Source: an uncultured Candidatus Poseidoniales archaeon
GTDB taxonomy: Archaea; Thermoplasmatota; Poseidoniia; Poseidoniales; Thalassarchaeaceae
NCBI GenBank assembly: GCA_964647665.1
Contig: CAZYIX010000001.1
Coordinates: 11,080-75,079, forward strand
Reading direction: 5' to 3'
DNA: 64,000 nucleotides
Shown here: one piece after another, positions 53,196 to 61,681 of the stretch
Numbering within the stretch: the stretch's first letter is position 1
Layout of the letters: each line of letters begins with the position of its first letter
Notes under the pieces: generated by a model
What the model saw: the letters and a program-made list of their open reading frames with translations, nothing else
Databases searched by the model: none
Told to the model about the DNA's origin: nothing
Translations under genes and position numbers: made by a program

Positions 53196-55193
53196 ATGCG
53201 CTGCGAAATATGTGAAGGCGAAGTTGAGCAGGTCGATGATGGCTGGTGCAATGTCTGCGCGATGTTTCGTCCCTCGTTATTCGGCTCCGCTGGCGGGAAT
53301 CCACCATCCCCTGAGGTGAGAGCAAACTTCGAAGGGAAGTACGGCGACAGCAGGAGCCGGGGTAATCGTACACGATGGCGTCATCTAATGACACAGAATC
53401 GCCTTACTGAGGATGCGGCATGGCTTCGTGTTCGTGTTGAGCAGGTTCCCGACGCACCCCTCGGCCCGCTACATCGTGAAATTGACGAAGTTGAGATGCT
53501 TGCACATTGGCGCTGGCTGAAGAATAGACTACAACAGGTTGGTTGGGATAGTCAGGAATCGAAGCAACTTCTTCAGCGCGGATTTCCACTGCCCGATGGC
53601 TCTTGGCTGTCATGTTCTGGTGAAGCGTGGTCAATTGACGGCCACCTGTTGATTGATGTGCCATATCGCTCGTTGCTGATGGCGTTCACAGATTCTATCG
53701 CTCATTTCGATGAGTTGGTCCAATTTGATTGGCATACTCTCCTTGAGTTGATGACAGTCACCCAGGTCGATGCGCAGGCCATTCATCGCCACGACCTTGT
53801 ACAGGAGCACGCCCGCAGATATCGCCATCTGCAACGGGGGCGCCACCGCGGCCGTCGTCGCGGCGATCCACTCGGCGCTGCTGGCCGGTTCGGTGGATGG
53901 GCGAGAGGGATTTGCAGCCGATTGGGCCATTCAACTCCGAACTACTACTATTCCCAAGATATGCATGAACAGCACGTCATCAATTCCAATTTTCTGAATC
54001 ATCAACTGGGCAATCTAGCCGGCCTGCACCATCCATGGATTAACCGGTGGTTGAACGCATCACAGGGTGGGCGAATATGGACAAGTCATGCAGCGCTCAA
54101 GTCGACACGTTCGCTTCGTGTACACCGAGGGCGACTACAGATTCGGTTGCTGCGTGAGGACCGCTGGGTTTGGTTGGTCGTGCCACCATGGCCAGAGTTG
54201 TGGGCTGTACTGTTGTCATGGGACATCTCTCCTCCAGCGCACTCAAGTTATCAGGAATTGATGGCACTCCGGTGGTTGTGGCATTCACCCGAGGGTGGAC
54301 TAAGGCCTAGTGAGGCCCAGACGCGCGCACTTTCGATGCTCGTCGGAGTTGCTCGAAGCAATGAGCGCGTCCACATTTGCCCCGAGGGGAAACCGGTGAT
54401 TGCGATTGAGGGCACGTCGGGTCTGTGGTACGGATTGACTATGCGCGTTGGCGCTCACTCCTCCAATTTTCTGATTCGAGGCTGCTTATCTCGTCGTGAA
54501 GCCGCTGACGATGAGTTGGGCGAACCGCTTTGCCTGCACCCCAACAGGTCAGGTCGTCGCTTGCCGTTGGGTGACCAGGTTGTCAGTGCGGTGTTATCGC
54601 TATCCGATGATCTTGCTACACGTCATAATCTCGCGCCGCTGAGCAGTTTCATTTCCCGTTGTCGCAGCAAGATACCACGAGGCGAAGATGAACCGGCCGC
54701 TAGAGGTGTTAATGCCCAGCAACAAGTGATGCAACGACTACGCGCAGCTGCCAATGGCAATCATGGCGGTGGGCGCTGGGTCTTCCTATTCCCGCGCTTG
54801 TATGAGATGCTGATTCGTATTCCAGAACGTGGCGTGATGATTATGCCGAGGGTCGGGGGAATCCTCTTTTTCGGCGCTGAGAATTTTACCATGACCATCC
54901 GCTCACATGAGGAGCGTGAGTTGGCCGTATCGCTAGCCCGTGCGACTGGATGGGCGCTGGATGAGGAGGAAGAAGACGGCGATGATGAACGCTGGGTACG
55001 GCATGCCGTTCCAGAGAACAATCTCGTGCGCGCATGGATTTACGAGGTCATCGGCCCCTATCAGCGACGGCATGGGACGAGGGGTGATGCACCGTGGTGG
55101 ACCCACTATCGAATTCCCAATGTGAATCCGGGTGGAGTGATACCTCGGGCAGTCAATCGGCGTTGGGACGACGGCGCTTTTGATGCGGCTTGA
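53196..55193 (+). CDS. Hypothetical protein, Cys4 finger + 'LPLGD' domain family, paralogue 3 (extra C-terminal domain)
   Basis: CEIC...GWCNVC; ALRW, EGTSG, GAH, LCL, LPLGD; abuts paralogue 2. Confidence 0.8.
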   Translation: MRCEICEGEVEQVDDGWCNVCAMFRPSLFGSAGGNPPSPEVRANFEGKYGDSRSRGNRTRWRHLMTQNRLTEDAAWLRVRVEQVPDAPLGPLHREIDEVEMLAHWRWLKNRLQQVGWDSQESKQLLQRGFPLPDGSWLSCSGEAWSIDGHLLIDVPYRSLLMAFTDSIAHFDELVQFDWHTLLELMTVTQVDAQAIHRHDLVQEHARRYRHLQRGRHRGRRRGDPLGAAGRFGGWARGICSRLGHSTPNYYYSQDMHEQHVINSNFLNHQLGNLAGLHHPWINRWLNASQGGRIWTSHAALKSTRSLRVHRGRLQIRLLREDRWVWLVVPPWPELWAVLLSWDISPPAHSSYQELMALRWLWHSPEGGLRPSEAQTRALSMLVGVARSNERVHICPEGKPVIAIEGTSGLWYGLTMRVGAHSSNFLIRGCLSRREAADDELGEPLCLHPNRSGRRLPLGDQVVSAVLSLSDDLATRHNLAPLSSFISRCRSKIPRGEDEPAARGVNAQQQVMQRLRAAANGNHGGGRWVFLFPRLYEMLIRIPERGVMIMPRVGGILFFGAENFTMTIRSHEERELAVSLARATGWALDEEEEDGDDERWVRHAVPENNLVRAWIYEVIGPYQRRHGTRGDAPWWTHYRIPNVNPGGVIPRAVNRRWDDGAFDAA

Positions 55194-55247
55194 GTAGAGT
55201 CCCGCAACCGTAGGATTGACAAACAACTCGCTGCGCTACCCCCACCG

Positions 55248-56255
55248 ATGAGAGCGACGCGTTACGCCCTGCTATTGGCCGCATTGATGCTAACGGCCAT
55301 ACTTGCCACGGGTATGCCGGTGCAGGCGGCATCTACCGTTGACATATCAGAAAAACAAGGCCTTGTAGGTGGCCTCAGTCTTAGCCTCACAGCAGATTCC
55401 CAAAATACGACTATATCGGCAACGCTTGAGGAAATGCCCAGAATCGTTGAAGTTTACACTGCAACTTGGTGTGAAAACTGCGTTGGCGCAGAACACGCGC
55501 TTGACGATGCAGTAGAAGGTAAAGACGTGACCATGTTGGTCCATCACCGATACATTGGAGAGACTGAGGACCCATTTGGCTCTCAGGAAGGCGATGACCG
55601 TTGGATAGCGCGGTATGGCCCAGCATCGAAAGAATCGGTTGGGGTTGAGCGCGCTCCACCAACAATGGTTTTCGATGGATGCCGAGTCAAAGCAGGCAAT
55701 GTAGCGAGCGGCGATTCACTGCAGGCAGATTATCAGGAACTTCTTGTCCAACCCCTCTATTCAGCCGGTGCAGTATCCTCGGAGTTGGCTTGGGATGGCG
55801 ACAATAGTAGTGGCACAGTATCGTGGCATTTTTCTACTGAGAATCGTGACGCGGTTTGGACTCATCGTTTGATGGTTGTTGAGGAAACTGCGTACTTCCC
55901 TGAAGGTGGTAATGGACTGGATAATTACACCCATATTGTTCGGCAAGTTATCACTCTTGACGCGCTGAATTACCTTCCAAACGAGAGTGAGGGCGAGGTA
56001 ACACTCGACTTACTGGAAGCATGGGATGGCGATGACCTCTCATTGGTATTGGTTCATGAGTGGGAGTACGAAGATCAACCCCTTGGAGAGGATAATGGTG
56101 GTGTATTTGCAGTAATGGCAGGTGCGATGACCGGACTAGTCGTAGCCGCTTGTGTTGTTCTTGCCATCACCGTGGCTGTCATTGTGACCGTGGTAGTCCG
56201 CGCCTCGAAGTCGCAGCAACCGCCATCAGAGCCAGATTCAGGCCGCCACACCTAA
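55248..56255 (+). CDS. Membrane-anchored thioredoxin-like protein (Omp28-like architecture)
   Basis: Signal peptide, EVYTATWCENC, PT.VFDG cis-Pro loop, C-terminal TM. Confidence 0.78.
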   Translation: MRATRYALLLAALMLTAILATGMPVQAASTVDISEKQGLVGGLSLSLTADSQNTTISATLEEMPRIVEVYTATWCENCVGAEHALDDAVEGKDVTMLVHHRYIGETEDPFGSQEGDDRWIARYGPASKESVGVERAPPTMVFDGCRVKAGNVASGDSLQADYQELLVQPLYSAGAVSSELAWDGDNSSGTVSWHFSTENRDAVWTHRLMVVEETAYFPEGGNGLDNYTHIVRQVITLDALNYLPNESEGEVTLDLLEAWDGDDLSLVLVHEWEYEDQPLGEDNGGVFAVMAGAMTGLVVAACVVLAITVAVIVTVVVRASKSQQPPSEPDSGRHT

Positions 56256-57251
56256 CTTCTGTAGTAGGCTTAGATTCGTCTCTACACGCTGCTTGATACT
56301 AGCCGGACAACGACCGAGGGCGTCAGCGACAGCACCATGCCTTCGACTCACTTTTTGGTCGATGAAGACCAAACGGAACATCATGCCAATCAACATGTCA
56401 GGCATTGCGTTAGGAATTGCCCCGTCAAGAGTTGGCTCACCGATCTTCTTCAGGCGGTCATATACGTCGTTGATGATGTCATTGGCACGGTGGCGGAGAT
56501 TGTCTCGGGTCCACTGTGTCATGTGGTTGAGGACACTGGCGAACTGCATTGAACGAACCACCTCTGGATCACGCTGAACCCTTACTCTTAGCATGCCTTC
56601 AAGGCTTAGTCGGTCAATACGAGCTAGAATTGAGTTTTGTGCTCGCAGCACCTCGTTTTCGTCGAGTTCATGTTCCTGTATCCACTGGCGCCACAGGAAG
56701 GGTTCCATCAAGCCAAGTTTGCTGATAGCCATCACCACAGCGACTGCACTAACCTCGATAGCGTAATTCGGACGCATTACTTTCTTCTTGCGGATGAAGC
56801 GGAGTTCGTTTCTTGGCAGTGGTGCCAGTTTTCCACGTAGTTCTTGGTCTTGATTTTCCTTCTCGCTGTGGGTGAAGCAACCCATCACTACCTCGTGCGC
56901 GACATTCCGTACCATTTTGCCCAGACCCATCGCCTTGATGGCCTTCTTGATGTCGTTTGCTCGGCGGTGACGGTATCGTCGTCGACGGTCTAGGATGAAG
57001 TGTCGCAGTCCGATGGTCTTACCACTACTCAGTCTAATGTCTAGCAGAGTCATTTCGCTGCCGAGGGCTGCGTTACGGTCTGCACCGCTTCGGTTGTCTT
57101 CAGTAGCCCATTGACCGCCTTCGGCAGTATAGGCAGGATGAGACTCATCGATCATGTTGTCTTCGGCTACTATACCGCAGCCCACGCAGACTATTTCTCC
57201 GCGTCTCTCGTCGCATTCAGTGGCTTCGCCACACGCTTTACATTTGTGCAT
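56238..57251 (-). CDS. Divergent transcription initiation factor IIB (TFB)-like protein
   Basis: CKACG...D..RGEIVCVGCG.V..D..ID Zn ribbon; two cyclin-like helical regions; C-terminal VA.ALG....I..R HTH; AGGAG SD. Confidence 0.78.
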   Translation of the reverse strand: MHKCKACGEATECDERRGEIVCVGCGIVAEDNMIDESHPAYTAEGGQWATEDNRSGADRNAALGSEMTLLDIRLSSGKTIGLRHFILDRRRRYRHRRANDIKKAIKAMGLGKMVRNVAHEVVMGCFTHSEKENQDQELRGKLAPLPRNELRFIRKKKVMRPNYAIEVSAVAVVMAISKLGLMEPFLWRQWIQEHELDENEVLRAQNSILARIDRLSLEGMLRVRVQRDPEVVRSMQFASVLNHMTQWTRDNLRHRANDIINDVYDRLKKIGEPTLDGAIPNAMPDMLIGMMFRLVFIDQKVSRRHGAVADALGRCPASIKQRVETNLSLLQKLGVAA

Positions 57252-57278
57252 TTATTTCTCTCCTTTTTTCAATTAGTC

Positions 57279-57335
57279 TTAGAGACACTCATCAGTTTGA
57301 GCATTGAACATACATTCTTGTCCGGGTTTGCTCAT
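57279..57335 (-). CDS. Candidate micro-ORF MSKPGQECMFNAQTDECL (18 aa)
   Basis: GGAGGTG SD 5 nt upstream; ATGA overlap with the preceding micro-ORF. Confidence 0.45.
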   Translation of the reverse strand: MSKPGQECMFNAQTDECL

Positions 57336-57394
57336 ATGAGCACCTCCGGGGGCTGATATCTGAACAATTGCGCCATTCTGTGGTTACTGACCAT
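57332..57394 (-). CDS. Candidate micro-ORF MVSNHRMAQLFRYQPPEVLI (20 aa)
   Basis: GGTGAGGCGG SD-like upstream; its stop overlaps the next start. Confidence 0.4.
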   Translation of the reverse strand: MVSNHRMAQLFRYQPPEVLI

Positions 57395-57571
57395 GATTGA
57401 CCGCCTCACCGAGCCTTTGCTCCGTTGGCAGAGGTGTTAATGAATATATCCCTAAATAAGGACAAGACCTTATCTTGTCGGCTTATCAACCGATAATGAT
57501 ATCATAAATTAATTTCTATATAATAATTGAATAGTGGCCGGGGTAAATGCGATACTGCGAATCAGTATTTT

Positions 57572-57678
57572 CGTGCGCGGGCGCGCGCTAGAGCGCGAGC
57601 ACACACGCGCGCTTGCACACGCGCGCTTGCACACGCGCACGCCTGCGCTCGCGCACGCGCATGTCGCGCCCGCGCGCC
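57572..57678. repeat. Alternating purine-pyrimidine (CG/CA) tract including a 14-bp tandem repeat CACACGCGCGCTTG x2.6 (57602-57638)
   Basis: Directly visible. Confidence 0.85.
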
Positions 57679-57802
57679 TTGGCGACGAAAAAAGCGGAAA
57701 AAAAACCAATGAGAGTCAACGTAGGAACCCACTCGGCGCAGCACAAACATCCAACCCCTTATACACCGTCGCAAATGCATAAGGGTGCTCGTAGGTGAGG
57801 AA

Positions 57803-60800
57803 ATGACAGATTCGAACATGCACACTGGACCTGCGCAACCGCTCACCATTGAGCACGTGCACAGCGGATATCCACCAGCATGGCTCATCGAGCACTTCCA
57901 AAATCAGGCATTGGATCCTAGTGTCGGACTTACCTCAGAAGGTAGCGGACGCTTGTTGTGCATCCATAGCAGCGACGCATCGCGTCAGCAGATGCTGTCA
58001 CTTCTTGACGATGGCAGTGTATCATCCCCCGTTGATAGAACGCATCATCACAGCCTATCTTCACTCAGCAAGAGCCTTGCGGCGGACTGCAGACTTGCGC
58101 GGGTTTTACCCGCCGGAGGAGCCACAGCGGTTTTGGTTCACGGAGCCTGCGTAGATGCGGCGAGCAAGTTGGCCTTCCCTATACTGCATCCAATTCCTGA
58201 CAACCGATGGAGTCGGACCAAGACCGATTCTTTGGCCAAACTGAACCGTGCACTGGTCAAGGAAGATGTCCGCCGTTGGGATGGCCCTGGCTGGCTTGGT
58301 TACCGCAGCGCAGTAGGTTCGGTGGAGTCGGGACTTTCCGGAGTGCATGAGGACAATCTCGTCGTTGCAGTATGTGAAGCGGTAGAGCGACGAGAGGATA
58401 TTCCATTCACTCTTGCAGGGTTTGACGGTATTCTGCTGATGGACCAGCCTCCTACTCTTTCTCGCTCGGAAGTTCGCCTATTGCAATCGCTGCGCCGTTA
58501 CCTGCCCGTGCATCAGTTGTGCCAGCACGGAGGACTGCCGATTGGCAATCATCGGCTTGGTTTACACGGGCTGATTCTAGAGGACGTGCCAGCAGTGCGT
58601 AATTCGGAGGCATTGCCGGAATGGATTCCTCAGCATGAGGTGTGGGATGCGATTGGGGGAAGCGCACCAGAGAGTCAGATTGACCGATTACTGATTAGTC
58701 GTGCTTCGGTAGGGGTGAAATCCGCTACCGAAGCCATTGCTTCTTGGCTTTCAGATTCCTCAAACGCTAACGCGCAAGTGCTCATCATCGACCCGAAGGC
58801 AGAAGCACGCAGCGATGATTGGAATCGCTCTTTGGGTCGACTCGGTCTTGCTCTCAGTTCACGGTCCGAGCCGTTGCTTACCAGTCCGTCCGTGCATTGG
58901 ATGCTGAACATGGCGTCTCTTGGTAATGGCCCGGCGGCATGGTCACTGGATTCATTGAGAGGAGTGGCAGGCCAGCGTTGCCTACCATTGACCGACCGTT
59001 GGTTGTTCGATGAAGCACATCCCAGTGAGCCGAGCTGGACTCCACGGCCCAATATTTCACATTTAGAGAACCTCGCCCGCTCTTGGCATATTGTCGGCGG
59101 CCTCGGCTCGCTAGAGAAGTGGTTGGCAGCGGTAAGAGCGCCCCCTCGCCCAAGCCCATATCAGAGCGAGGCACAAGCTGCTGAGATGGCTGAGCGCTGC
59201 CAATGGTGGTTGCTTTCCCTTGCGAATCGGTTGCGACCGCTACTGAGTCGAGCCGATGCCGCCTTGCTTGATGAGTCTGACTTGCGACTCGGTTGTTCTA
59301 GCGGCGTGGAGTTGCCACTTCCTCCATCGCCTACTGTAGGTGATGATTGGCTTGCCGCCCTGATGCGTTCAGTGGATTGGGCGGCACTTGCTGACAGAAT
59401 GGATGGCTCAACCGATAGTGTGACCACTGGACTTTCGCAATTATTGGAGTCACACCACAGCATGCGTGCAGGTCAGCGAACACTTGGGCAGGTCGCACCA
59501 CGATTTGGATTGGATTGGATTGAGGAAATGCGTCAGATGATATCCGGCCTTACCGTACCTACTCCAGATGAGGCATTGGGTTCCGTCCGGGTGTTGACGC
59601 CTACCGAAGCGCTGGGATGTACCGCTGACCTAGTGGTTCTTACCCACCTAACATTGACCGACTGGCCGTTGAAGTCAGAATCACTTCCCTTCGTTGATGA
59701 GGCTGAACGTTGCCGATTGAACATTGCTCGACTCGATGCACCGTTACGTGAAGCCCGTCACTGCTTCGAGCATTTGCTTCACAGCGGTTGTTGCATCCTA
59801 CTCATCGATGCCAGTGGCTTGGATGAGGACACCCAACCTGCTGCACCGCTTGCTGAGTGGCTTTCTGGCCATCAGGGGGCGGATTCTGCCGACTCTGTGC
59901 AGACCCCCTCCTTCTTGCCATTGGGTGAGGATGGATGGTTAACCGCAAGTGGCTCTCGCACCAAGGGCCACCACCTCGCTTACATTCCTGAGCGAATTGC
60001 TACGATTGAGGTTGAAGGAGAGCGTCAGATACAGGTCACTGTTGCTGGGTCCTCTGCGAGAGACCGCAGGCAGCGAACAGGCCTTGCATTGCATGAATCC
60101 AGAGCAGGCGACCCCCCATTGAATCCGTCAGCGATTACTCTCAGCCTTGAGGAAGAATTGTTCCGCGACCGCATTGCACGGATGCCTAATCAGGTCGCAT
60201 CGGACGAGGAATATCTTGACCCAGCATTCCGTCCTCGCATGGTCAGCGTTGAGGGACTCACCATTGTCCCTGGTAAATCAGGTCCAGCAGGTAAGCCGAA
60301 GCCGCGCAAGGCGCAGAATTGGCCCACACTTGGCGGCAAGAAAGGCAACTCAAACCTGATGGCCATTGACCCAAGGCCCCTCGCTCCAAATCCGACAGGC
60401 CTGTCCGTTCACGACTCGCGTACAGGCCATTCCGACCGCCCCTCTCAACAATCGATTGTTTGGTCACCCAGTCGCCTTCTAGATTGGCTGAATTGTCCAC
60501 GCAAGGGTTGGCTGACACGCGCCCTGCGAGCCGACGCAGAGGAGAAGCAGAAAGAGGATCTCAATGCGATGGAGCGTGGCAATCTGATCCACAATGGTCT
60601 AGGATTCTTGTTTGAGACTGCACTGGGAATGACCGAAGGCGTCGAGCGTTCCGAGCAGGGTGCAACTTCACTGGCAGGATGTGGACAAAGTGCGGAAGAC
60701 CTGATGATTCATCTGTTGGAATTCGCGGCGGACAACGCCCCTTGGATGGAGCGCAGTGATGCGATGGCAAGCCAGCGACGCTTCGACATGATAGCAATGC

Positions 60801-61681
60801 CTCGCGATAGATGGCTAGACTGGCTGGCTTCACCGGGCCCTTCGCCACCTTCTGGGCGTCTGGGCGCGATGCTCAATGCTGAACTCGCCATTGGCGACGC
60901 CGTCCCGTTAGTGTTGGAGTGGGCGCTGGATAACGATTCACGTGACGGTTACGTCGAATTGCATCTACCCGAATCACCTGATAACAGTCTGCAACTACGA
61001 GGGTTCATTGATAGGGTCGACTTTGTCGATTTGACGGGAATTGATGATGTCCCAGACCGCTTTATTCTGAATACGGATACTGAGGCTTCAGTCGCTCCGC
61101 TTGATTTCAATGCTGAATCGGACTGGAGACCCCACCGTCTTGTCATCATCAGGGACATGAAAGGCGTTGATGGACCCGGTGGCAATCAGAAAGGAATGCG
61201 GCACCGCAATGCACTGTTCAAAGACCTGCAATTAGGTCTGTATGCAAGAGCGTGGGAGATTACACATCCGGGGGATTTGGTCATCGCAGTAGGCATCTCT
61301 GAGGTCGGGCATTCAACCATCCATTCTCTCGAGACAACCCCTGAGCTGATTCCATTAATGAGCCAGATTCAACTTTCGATTGGAGATACCGTCCGCTCTT
61401 ACACCGGTGACACCCATCGACTGCCGGGCGAGGAGCGTACTACTGAGGTTAGCCTCGACAAAGATGGCGAGGAACAAATCGAGGTTAATGAGCCAGATTC
61501 TGACCCATTCAGAGCGTGGATGCGAGAGCGACTTACCACCGCAATTGCCGTAGCACGTAACGCCGAGGATGGCCGAGTTCATCCGACTCCGGTCAAGGAT
61601 GTAGCAGTCTGCTCCTACTGCAGTGTGCAGGCAGTATGTGGGCTAGCGCCTACCGTTGGAGGTGACAAGAAATGGAGTTGA
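57803..61681 (+). CDS. AddB/RexB-like protein: degenerate helicase scaffold plus C-terminal PD-(D/E)XK nuclease with Fe-S cysteines
   Basis: WSPSRL...CPRK, RG.LIH, LRGFIDRVD, RDMK, QLGLY, CSYCSVQAVC; no Walker A seen; AGGTGAGG SD. Confidence 0.85.
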   Translation: MTDSNMHTGPAQPLTIEHVHSGYPPAWLIEHFQNQALDPSVGLTSEGSGRLLCIHSSDASRQQMLSLLDDGSVSSPVDRTHHHSLSSLSKSLAADCRLARVLPAGGATAVLVHGACVDAASKLAFPILHPIPDNRWSRTKTDSLAKLNRALVKEDVRRWDGPGWLGYRSAVGSVESGLSGVHEDNLVVAVCEAVERREDIPFTLAGFDGILLMDQPPTLSRSEVRLLQSLRRYLPVHQLCQHGGLPIGNHRLGLHGLILEDVPAVRNSEALPEWIPQHEVWDAIGGSAPESQIDRLLISRASVGVKSATEAIASWLSDSSNANAQVLIIDPKAEARSDDWNRSLGRLGLALSSRSEPLLTSPSVHWMLNMASLGNGPAAWSLDSLRGVAGQRCLPLTDRWLFDEAHPSEPSWTPRPNISHLENLARSWHIVGGLGSLEKWLAAVRAPPRPSPYQSEAQAAEMAERCQWWLLSLANRLRPLLSRADAALLDESDLRLGCSSGVELPLPPSPTVGDDWLAALMRSVDWAALADRMDGSTDSVTTGLSQLLESHHSMRAGQRTLGQVAPRFGLDWIEEMRQMISGLTVPTPDEALGSVRVLTPTEALGCTADLVVLTHLTLTDWPLKSESLPFVDEAERCRLNIARLDAPLREARHCFEHLLHSGCCILLIDASGLDEDTQPAAPLAEWLSGHQGADSADSVQTPSFLPLGEDGWLTASGSRTKGHHLAYIPERIATIEVEGERQIQVTVAGSSARDRRQRTGLALHESRAGDPPLNPSAITLSLEEELFRDRIARMPNQVASDEEYLDPAFRPRMVSVEGLTIVPGKSGPAGKPKPRKAQNWPTLGGKKGNSNLMAIDPRPLAPNPTGLSVHDSRTGHSDRPSQQSIVWSPSRLLDWLNCPRKGWLTRALRADAEEKQKEDLNAMERGNLIHNGLGFLFETALGMTEGVERSEQGATSLAGCGQSAEDLMIHLLEFAADNAPWMERSDAMASQRRFDMIAMPRDRWLDWLASPGPSPPSGRLGAMLNAELAIGDAVPLVLEWALDNDSRDGYVELHLPESPDNSLQLRGFIDRVDFVDLTGIDDVPDRFILNTDTEASVAPLDFNAESDWRPHRLVIIRDMKGVDGPGGNQKGMRHRNALFKDLQLGLYARAWEITHPGDLVIAVGISEVGHSTIHSLETTPELIPLMSQIQLSIGDTVRSYTGDTHRLPGEERTTEVSLDKDGEEQIEVNEPDSDPFRAWMRERLTTAIAVARNAEDGRVHPTPVKDVAVCSYCSVQAVCGLAPTVGGDKKWS

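Noticed and set aside
57509-57901. Short ORFs with RARA/ACAC low-complexity translations
   Set aside because: By-products of the alternating CG/CA tract
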